A DNA stretch of 64,000 nt from Balanoglossus misakiensis. Its lineage: Eukaryota; Animalia; Hemichordata. Below the pieces are notes generated by a model. It saw only the letters and a program-made list of their open reading frames with translations, had not been told where the DNA came from and did no database searches. Of this stretch, positions 55,374 to 64,000 are shown in pieces; position 1 is the stretch's first letter, and each line of letters starts with the position of its first letter. The stretch spans positions 12,247,654-12,311,653 of the forward strand of contig CM082577.2 of the NCBI GenBank assembly GCA_040954595.2, written 5' to 3'. A program made the position numbers and the translations under genes.

Positions 55374-56591
55374 ATAATGACCTCAAATTGACTACTGTAT
55401 TCCTGGCCGAGAAGTGGAATCGTGTGAAGGATACTGTATCTGCCCTCAACTGTCAACTTGCCAGCAGTGTAGCTGAAGACAGACAACGTAAAACATGTTG
55501 TGTTGTTTTGGAGGCAAGTGATGCAGAAAGGAAAGATGCAGCTGATTGTGGAGTTGAGTTGATACTTCCAAGTTTGAGAAAGGGTGTGATTAAGAGATAC
55601 AAGAATGACACACCGAAGCCAGATTGGTTTCTTTCTCCAGAGACATTCTTCACAAATCTCAGGGAGTTACAGAATGTGAAGTACATTGTGGAACATGTCC
55701 AGTCTTCAACTCAATTGCTGGTGGCAAATGTCTTCAGAGATCGATATCATCATTTCAAAGATGCCAACATTGTACTAATAAATCATGCCATCACAGGATC
55801 GGATGAGATAAACAAAGACCACTTGAAATTTGCTGAGGAGGCATCTGCAATTTTCTCAATTGGACCTACTGTCTTTGAACATTACAAGAAACTCTACCAA
55901 ACAACCAAAATTCCAGTAAGACACGAATTGTATCTTCCAAGACCAGAGAAAGAATTCTTTGATCTTAATGTGGATCAGATACAAAAAACAAGTGACTTGA
56001 AACAAATCCTGACTGTGATAACGGATGAAGATTTGGAATCCACACGATATAAAACACTGGCAGCTGAAGTTGGAAAAACAGCCGGTACATTCAACCAGAT
56101 GCAAATGACGGTTCCATTGTGGTGTGTACGAACTCCCTCGGAAGCTGATGTTGCTGACACAAAGACTTTTCTTACAGACAACTTAAATTGCCCACACATA
56201 GAACCAAACACTTATCCCTCATACGGCTCTCAAGATGATATTTACAGAGATTTACGTCAGAGTAATGTCTGTATTATACCACCTGATGAGCCATTTAGGA
56301 TGGAGGGATTACGATCCATTGCTGCAGGACTACCTGTGTTAGTTCCAGAAAGAACTGCCTTAGCAGCATTTATGAACACATGCTTTGACCATGAAGCAAA
56401 GTATTTTCTGTATGACCCTTCAGTTGATGGAAATTTATCAATACAGATCAATACGATGTTGAACACAACACATGCAATACCCATGGCGACACGTTTGAAG
56501 AATATGTATCTCAGTCATACAGAGATTACTGACAGTCATGAAAAGTTCAGAGCTTGTTTCAAAGAAGTTCAGAGTACACAGCCTGCACAAA
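55374..56591 (+). CDS. NLR-like gene exon 4: GT-B fold glycosyltransferase (GT4/Glycos_transf_1-like) domain with degenerate motifs
   Basis: Acceptor ctgttttcag; donor A|gtaagt; motifs IVLINH, ASAIFSIGP and SNVCIIPPDEPFRMEGLRSIAAGLPVLV (compare GT4 EgFGlvalEAmaaGlPVlv). Confidence 0.82.
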
Positions 56592-56940
56592 GTAAGTATC
56601 TTTCCTTTTCCACACACAATCCCAAAACAAAAATGCAGTCTCAGATACAGGATAGAATGAAAGGGCAGTAACCTGATGAAATATATACTTTTAAATTGAA
56701 AATTTCACTTCAGATGATGTTAACAAGCAAACACATCATCCTGTTTCCAGCAAAATGAAATTGAACTTGAAAAATGATGATGGTGTGACATTACTGTAGC
56801 TCTTTTTTGGAACAAATATTTTTTAAAAAAACAGTGATTGATTACATTGTGACAGTGAAGCATTTTAACAACTTGTAAATACACGTACAAGGTTGGAAGA
56901 CTTTTAGTTATTAGATTTTTGTTTCTTTTTTTTCTATCAG

Positions 56941-57057
56941 TTCCAACACCTCAATCACAATTGCAGAATGGAAAGACTCCTTCAACTCATGAAGCTTTAG
57001 CAACTTTTGAAGATGGCCAGCCTCCCCAGTCACTCTCACCCAAGCCAGAAAACCTGG
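56941..57057 (+). CDS. NLR-like gene exon 5, Pro/Ser-rich linker
   Basis: Acceptor ttttttctatcag; donor G|gtaagt; 117 nt, phase 1/1. Confidence 0.78.
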
Positions 57058-57192
57058 GTAAGTACAATTTATTTGATAAGTTGCAGGCTCCCCTGCAATA
57101 TGTTATCTGTAAATCTTATTTGTATTACCGGTAATCGTGTTAAGATATTTTTGCTGCAAATGTGTCATTAAACTTTATTTGCTGTTTTCTAG

Positions 57193-57315
57193 TTATATCC
57201 GTAAGTCGCAAATCACCAGCCCATAATGTAAAGAGTCCTTTAACTGATGAAGGTGTAGGAAGTTTTGAATATGCCTGTTCTTCCCAGACACTCTCACCCC
57301 AGCCACAAAACCTTG
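57193..57315 (+). CDS. NLR-like gene exon 6, linker whose 3' end is paralogous to exon 5
   Basis: Acceptor gttttctag; donor G|gtaagt; 123 nt open frame ending SQTLSPQPQNL (exon 5 ends PQSLSPKPENL). Confidence 0.72.
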
Positions 57316-57452
57316 GTAAGTAGAGTTTGATTGCTTACTTTAATTGGACCAGCAGTTTAAAAACTAATTACTTTGACAATTTTTTATCATTAAAAAGGGA
57401 AATAACATTGGCTGTTTTACATTTTCAGTTTCGTGTATTGAATGTTTATTAA

Positions 57453-58048
57453 AGCCCCAGTATTTCTCGTGTGTATCCATTTTTCATCATCGAAAAATAT
57501 TGCCCGTTTTTCCTGTACATTCATCATGGAATGCTACATAATGAAGATAGAAGAAAGGTTTGGGCAACTGTAGCTACATGCAAGCTGTAAATATTGCCTG
57601 TAACACTCGAAATGATGCGCGGGTTTCTTTACAACGGAAATGTTGTACAAGTCGATCAGCAAACTTGCCACTTTGACATTTGATGTCAGACCATTTTAAG
57701 ATTTGATCGGGTTCCATCGGGTGATTTCGTCCCATATAGTTATCTTCCCAAAATTCCACCGAATTAGTGTGCATTTCTTCGCTGAGTCGCTTGATTTGGG
57801 GCGACCAAACCTCTTCCGCATAGATTCACATTTGAGTGCGCATGCGCAGTAGTCACGTGTGTCAACAGAGCCTGACTTTCTGTCCGGACAGAAAGTCATT
57901 CTTCACTCGTTATATTGTAAATTGTATGTGTTTATGAACAGACCTGGGCATGATAACTGTTTGATTCAGTATCAATTATCATCTACTTTTAGAAATTATA
58001 GATGCCGTTTCAAACAAAATTTATGCGAAAACGAGAAATACTGAGGCT
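57453..58048. mobile_element. Complete non-autonomous Kolobok-like DNA transposon in intron 6
   Basis: TTAA-AGCCCCAGTATTTCTCGT ... ACGAGAAATACTGAGGCT-TTAA: 18-bp TIR with one mismatch, TTAA TSD. Confidence 0.85.
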
Positions 58049-58292
58049 TTAATAAACTCTCTGTGTTGAAACAACCCATTTGTAACTTGCACAAATATTT
58101 TCCTGGGATTAAAACAGGAGAAATAAATTGAGACAGTCATGAGTGTCATAAATTCATGAAAGTCATAATTACTGGTATATGCAACAATATATAATTTTCA
58201 GCTTTACCTGCATGCCCATGTCACTTGTGAAAAATGTGAAGGGTACTGCACTTTTCTGACCTAACATTTGTTTTTAAACTTTATCCTTACAG

Positions 58293-58385
58293 GAAATCCA
58301 GTATCTGCTGTTGTTTCAGATGATACACCAACAAGTGAAACTCACAAATCAAAACTAATACGACGGAAAAGGCCATTGATGCCAA
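58293..58385 (+). CDS. NLR-like gene exon 7, containing a basic NLS-like patch (KSKLIRRKRP)
   Basis: Acceptor ttatccttacag; donor A|gtaagt; 93 nt, phase 1/1. Confidence 0.75.
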
Positions 58386-58816
58386 GTAAGTTGTTTCCTG
58401 CCTTGTACTCTTTTATGATTAATAGAATTTTCCCTTTTCCCATCATCTATCAATCACTTATCCCAAAATACCAAAGTTTCTAGGACAGTCACCCCCTGGA
58501 CATTTACCCATCAGACATCTTATCCCGCCCTGAATATCAAGACTGACTGGGGGCTTAGTGAAATGATTATTTGCATATGTTTTGGTATTACACCGCTATG
58601 GCAGTTAATGTCACTTACTCAAGACACACAATTAAGATATCTGAGCTCTAGCATTAACATTAACTGACACTATATGTTTTCTTACATTATCATCTGTTTT
58701 GATATTTCATTGCTATTTCTAGTAGGATGAAAACATATTACTCTTTTAGGAGAAAATATTTTGGTCATTAAGTGAAAGTCAATACTAAAATGTTTTACTG
58801 TTTATTCAATCTGTAG

Positions 58817-59584
58817 CTGTTCATTGTGAAGTAAATCTAGAGTTTGAAGAAAAGAAGATGAAGATTGAGATGGAAAAGATGAGAGTGGAAACAGAACGCA
58901 AGAAAATGGAGCTTGAAGCAGAACATAAAAGGATGGAGCTTGAAACAGAACAGAAAAGGATGGAGCTTGAAACAGAAAAGAAAAGGATGGAGCTTGAAAC
59001 AGAAAAGAAAAGGATGGACCATGAAACAGAAAAGAAAAGGATGGATCATGAAACAGAACATAAAAGGATGGAGCTTGAAACAGAACAGAAAAGGATGGAC
59101 CATGAAACAGAACACAAAAGGATTGAGCTTGAAACAGAAAAGACGAAGATCGAAATGGAGAAAGAAAACAAAGCAATGGAGCTTGAAAGAGAGAAAATGG
59201 AACTTGAAAGGGAGAAAATGAAGCAGAAACAGATGTTCATAAATCAAATATCAGCAATTTATGAACTTCAGATAAAGAAAATCGTGGACAGGGATGACTC
59301 GGATCTGATAGAACAGTTGGATAAAGCCTGTGAGCAACATAAAGCAAGATTAGTCTTAGATGGAGTTGGACTCGGTTCTTTGTGGTTCTTACTAAGTTTC
59401 CTTTCAGAGGACGACATTGATTATTTCTGGCAGAAATACAATGCTGGAGAAGTTGATGAAATGCTGAGTGGTATCCTAATAACATCCGAGATGAGATCAC
59501 TAGCAGAGAAAGCTGGATGTGTTGTCAGAATCCGAATGAAGATAGATGAAAAGGAGTATGAGACTGTCAAACACATACTTCATG
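58817..59584 (+). CDS. NLR-like gene exon 8: charged 9-aa helical repeat followed by a TRADD-N-like domain
   Basis: Acceptor ctgtag; donor G|gtgagt; (MELETEKKR)n, then GSLWFLLSFLSEDDIDYFWQKYNAGEVDEMLSGILIT...VRIRMKIDEKEY, which resembles the invertebrate TRADD-like_N domain. Confidence 0.8.
58880..59150 (+). repeat. 27-bp coding tandem repeat, ~10 copies
   Basis: atggagcttgaaacagaa(c/a)agaaaagg units. Confidence 0.92.
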
Positions 59585-59968
59585 GTGAGTATTTAAGTCT
59601 TCACAATATTAATAAATGCATCACTCATACTTTTCACAAATTCCTATTCTAACACATCATAGTGTATATCTACCTATCTGCCCTGAGAGCATCAATGTAT
59701 CTGAGCTACACTCAGGGCAGATATACATTTCCTATACTTAGAGAAGTTCATTTTCATTACCTTACTCCTGAATTGGATATATAATTAACAAGATTTAACT
59801 GTACTTCGTGACTGTTGATAATAATCTGAAATAGTTGTATCACTAAAATAAAACTTTGATGTGAAAGAAATGTATTCCTGAATGACTTTTTTGAGATAAG
59901 CCAGCCAAACAATTATGCGTAATTTGTGGTGTAAATAGACTAAGAACAATACATATTTTTTTTGTCAG

Positions 59969-60203
59969 ATATATCTGCTGTCTACACCATCCCTGAGAAG
60001 ACCTGGGTGAGGACTGTCACATACGATGAATGGGAGAGATATGTTATAGATCATGTAGAAGAGAACAGACAAGCTTAGTATTTGATACAGCAGTCCACAT
60101 TTCATCCAATTGTGGGTGAATTGAGATCAGAAGTATTTTTTCTTTCCTTCTCTTGTATCTTACTGGTATGAGAATTGTTACACTTTACCATCAACTTTGA
60201 CAG
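59969..60203 (+). pseudogene. Disrupted 5' part of the last exon (end of the NACHT NBD and HD1-like segment) with in-frame TAG at 60076-60078 and a +1 frameshift near 60151
   Basis: Acceptor ttttttgtcag at 59968 gives DISAVYTIPEKTWVRTVTYDEWERYVIDHVEENRQA*YLIQQSTFHPIVGELRSEVFFLSF; the next frame continues LVSYWYENCYTLPSTLTEA. Confidence 0.6.
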
Positions 60204-63200
60204 AGGCAACTGAATATGCAATTAAACATCATGTGAAGATGTACTGTAGGGAACATCAAATTGAGATAGAGAATCTTTGTGAAATTGGGCAACAAGAATA
60301 TTTTAAATGTCAAAAAGTCACAAAATTGCAGAATTGGTTTTTCACCAGTCATGAAAAGAAGTATTTCTTTAATTTGGTAAGAGATCTCTACGGGTACTAT
60401 ATTTTTCCTTTGGATCAAAAGAAACATAACTACCAGTATCACTTCTTGAGTCAGTATATATATTTTTATGCAGTTGCTTTATATGTCAGCAAAGATATAT
60501 TTCTGAAGCAACAAACAGTTGAAATGTTGGATGAGTTCATGCCCATTACTCTATATTATGTAGCTGGTATCCTTCACGAGAATGCAACATTCTTCTTTGA
60601 AATACTCACAAATCATACTATAAAGAAACATCCAGTGACCTATGACTGTTTTGCACTACTTGGGTCTTGTCTTCTTGAATCAAAATATCCAGAAAAGTTT
60701 ACAAGCATTATTCAACAGTTATTAAAACCCCAAATATTAGAACTATCAGAATATGATATAAATAGAGTCTCTCAGCAAAGTTTGCAAGCTGCATCCCTTA
60801 TTATAGGGAACACTTCTGTTGTTCAGAATATCAATTTGACAAGCGATAAAGAAAGGGCATACATTTCAGAGGAGTTCAACCAACACCTGAATGTAATGAT
60901 TGAAAATCCATCATCAGCTGTCAAATTTCAAGTGAAAAACTCAACTGAGTTGACTGTGGTCACTAGATATATCACATTCCACAGGCTTTTCATGGCTCAC
61001 ACACAAAAATCTGTCAAAGGTCATAGTGAGGTCAGTCTGAAGGATGTGACTATTGAAGCGGTTGATGACAACTTTCAGGATGTTGTTCATGAAACAATTC
61101 AGGCCCTTGTCAAAGCATTGGGATCACTGCCTCTGTTGAAATCACTCAATTTCACTGGATTTAATGATGTATTTGTCACAAAGGTTTTCGAAATGATGGT
61201 AAATAAAAATGTTTCATTAAAAGTAAGACAGTTAGAGTTGCCACATAATGATTTAGAATACACCTTTATTGGTGTACTTCTGAGAGCTGTCAAATGTTTT
61301 CCATTTTTGAAGGATATAGATGTCTCAAACAACAAGTTAGGTTCCCGTGGGTGTGCAGAATTGTTACCATTTGTTGATGAAATCAATGTTCTGTTGGAGA
61401 ATAATGGTGTGGAAGAAAGTCTTGAAAGGTTATTAGAGTGTGAACAGATTGCAAACCAGGTTGGAGATTTCAAATCACATGTGACTCATTTCAAAACTGT
61501 GGGTGACATTTTCAATTTGCACAAACAACTAAACTCTGTAGAACAAATGTGTGTTTCAAGTTTATCTTCTGACATTACCAACTTGCTATGTTTAAATTTG
61601 TTTTTCTTCAAGAACTTAAAACATTTAGTTATTACTGAGTCTGGTTTCACTACTGATAATGCTAAAGTTGTTGCTGACAGTTTTGTGCATCTGTTGTCTC
61701 TAAGACGCTTAGACATCAGTTCAAATAACATAGGAGATGGAGGCATAAAATACATAGGCGGCAAACTGCATATACTGGAATTTCTCACTGATGTTAATTT
61801 TAGTAACACTGGTATCAGTTTGAGAGGAATAGTTGGTTTGTTGAACACTGTGCGACAGAATCAACAACAAATTGTCAATGTTGCAAACAATGACATCAGA
61901 GGCCTTAAGTATATCCTACCACTTGTTCCACGGGAACTGCAGACATCCTTCCATAATGTCAATTTTGATGAAGACATTCTAACTTTAGATAAATTAATAT
62001 TCATCGAGGAAGTTGTCATAGCATGTAAAATTGTGGAAGTAAGTAAGCAGTGGAGTCAGGCTGAATTTGAAGACTTCTGTGATGGGTTGAGTATTCTTTC
62101 ATGTGTAGATACTCTTAAACTTAGTGGTTGTCATTTTGGAGATGTTGGTGCAGAGAGTTTAAATAAAGGGATGGGGAATATGATTGGGCTGGAACACCTG
62201 GATCTTAGTCGTAATAACATTGGAGATGTTGGTGCAGAGAGTTTAAGTAGAGGGATGGGGAATATGACTGGGCTGAGACACCTGGATCTTAGTCATAATA
62301 ACATTGGAGATGTTGGTGCTGAGAGTTTAAGTAGAGGGATGGGGAATATGACTGGGTTGGGACACCTGGATCTTAGTCGTAATAACATTGGAGATGTTGG
62401 TGCAGAGAGTTTAAGTAGAGGGATGGGGAATATGACTGGGCTGATGCAACTGGATCTTAGTCGTAATAACATTGGAGATGTTGGTGCAGAGAGTTTAAGT
62501 AGAGGGATTGGGAATATGACTGAGCTGAGACAACTGGATCTTAGTCATAATAACATTGGATATGTTGGTGCAGAGAGTTTAAGTAAAGGGATGGGGAATA
62601 TGACTGAGCTGTGGTACCTGAATCTTAGTCATAATAACATTGGAGATGTTGGTGCAGAGAGTTTAAGTAGAGGGATGGGGAATATGACTGGGCTGAGACA
62701 ACTGGATCTTAGTCGTAATAACATTGGAGATGTTGGTGCAGAGAGTTTAAGTAAAGGGATGGGGAATATGACTGGGCTGAAATACCTGCATCTTAGTCAT
62801 AATAACATTGGAGATGTTGGTGCAGAGAGTTTAATTAGAGGGATTGGGAATATGATTTGGCTGAGACACCTGGATCTTAGTCATAATAACATTGGAGTTG
62901 TTGGTGCAGAGAGTTTAAGTAAAGGGATGGGGAATATGACTTGGCTGAGATACCTGAATCTTAGTCATAATAACATTGGAGATGTTGGTGCAGAGAGTTT
63001 AAGTAAAGGGATGGGGAATATGACTGGGCTGAAATACCTGCATCTTAGTCATAATAACATTGGAGATGTTGGTGCAGAGAGTTTAAGTAAAGGGATGGGG
63101 AATATGACTGGGCTGAAATACCTGCATCTTAGTCATAATAACATTGGAGATGTTGGTGCAGAGAGTTTAAGTAGAGGGATTGGGAATATGACTTGGCTGA

Positions 63201-63553
63201 GACACCTGGATCTTAGTCATAATAACATTGGAGATGTTGGTGCAGAGAGCTTAAGAAAATTGAACTATATGACTTGGTCAGAGGATCTTGTTGGCAAAAG
63301 GACTGCTTTGGTTGAGCCATATACCACTTTTAAGTCAGAAATTAGACATAAAAAAAGTCAATCACTAGCAAAAGAATCTGGTCGCAGTGAAAGTCACAAG
63401 TTGAAGTATGACACAAAAACTGCTGCAATGTCTGACTTTAATGTAAGTGAATCAGATGTTGATGTTGATGTTCTCTTATCTAGGAAATTTAAAAGACAAA
63501 GTGAGTCATATACCGCTTCTAGGTCTGAATTTGGACACGAAAAGAAGTCTTAG
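60204..63553 (+). CDS. NLR-like gene terminal exon: NACHT-associated HD1/winged-helix/HD2 remnant plus ribonuclease-inhibitor-type LRRs
   Basis: Within the 1118-aa ORF; YQYHFLSQYIYFYAVALYV resembles the WHD motif YxFxHxsfQEffAAlyl; many LxxLxLSxNNIGDxGAxxL repeats; no Walker A/B motif. Confidence 0.88.
62138..63250 (+). repeat. 84-bp coding tandem repeat: 13 near-identical 28-aa LRR units plus a partial unit
   Basis: ggagatgttggtgcagagagttta recurs every 84 bp from 62138 to 63230. Confidence 0.97.
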
Positions 63554-63875
63554 GCTAAAAGACAATAAGATCTGTTTCCAACTTCTCAATACAAGTCAAA
63601 ATCTGGTTGTTGTAAAAGTCATAAGCTGAAATATGATACAAAATGTGCCGGTGTTCCAATGTTTGGCTTACTCTATTTTACAGAAGAGGGTTCTGCTGAA
63701 TCTGGTGTAGATGTTTTCTTCTCTGGCGAATTTGAAAGATTGGGTGAGCAGCATACATCTTTTTAGGTATGAATTTGGAGATGAAAAAAAGTCTTTGGGG
63801 GAAAAAGACAGGAAGATCTATTTGCTACTTGTCAATGCAAGTCAAAAACTGGTACTTATGAAAGTCACAAACCAA
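63370..63875 (+). repeat. Diverged ~230-245-bp tandem duplication spanning the stop codon
   Basis: Blocks aag.tgaa.tatga.acaaaa, gatgtt.tctt, tgaatttgga.a.gaaaa.aagtct, aagatct and aagtcaaaa.ctggt each occur twice in the same order. Confidence 0.65.
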
Positions 63876-64000
63876 TAAAGATTGGATGATCCATTGGCAA
63901 TGTCTAATGTCAGAATCTGGTCGCTATGAAAGTTACAAAGCAAAATGATTGTATGATCCATTTCCCATCTCTAATTAAAGCCATGACGTCTCCACATTGG

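Noticed and set aside
58802-59500. Overlapping Phe/Ser-rich and KQKRKGW ORFs
   Set aside because: Alternative frames of the 27-bp coding repeat.
61099-61848. Minus-strand ORFs of 120-124 aa
   Set aside because: Antisense shadows of the LRR-containing exon with no independent features.

Overview
AT-rich, intron-containing eukaryotic genomic DNA. It is probably from a marine invertebrate deuterostome (hemichordate/amphioxus/echinoderm-like); this is inferred only from the repeat and gene style. Left to right: (1) the last three exons of a + strand gene ending in an NTR/C345C (netrin/TIMP-like) domain (43-1266); (2) ~20 kb of intergenic DNA with microsatellites, several MITE families and one complete solo Helentron-type non-autonomous element (HINE/DINE-1-like, 8772-10705); (3) a ~25 kb cluster of 17 HINE-like elements (22112-47470, minus strand). 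Parsing the ends shows it is not a simple tandem array but a nested 'Russian-doll' stack: each newer element inserted next to the 5' hairpin of an earlier one, and the displaced hairpins are piled in mirror order at the right edge; (4) a 9-exon, all-phase-1 NLR-like immune gene (49508-63553) with the architecture DED - 57-bp Pro/Ser/Thr repeat - degenerate GT4 glycosyltransferase - 9-aa charged helical repeat - TRADD-N-like - NACHT helical remnant without a P-loop - RI-type LRRs. Its last exon begins with an in-frame stop and a frameshift that alternative splicing could bypass. No tRNA, rRNA, CRISPR array or transposase ORF was recognised. All domain calls are by eye, not by database search.
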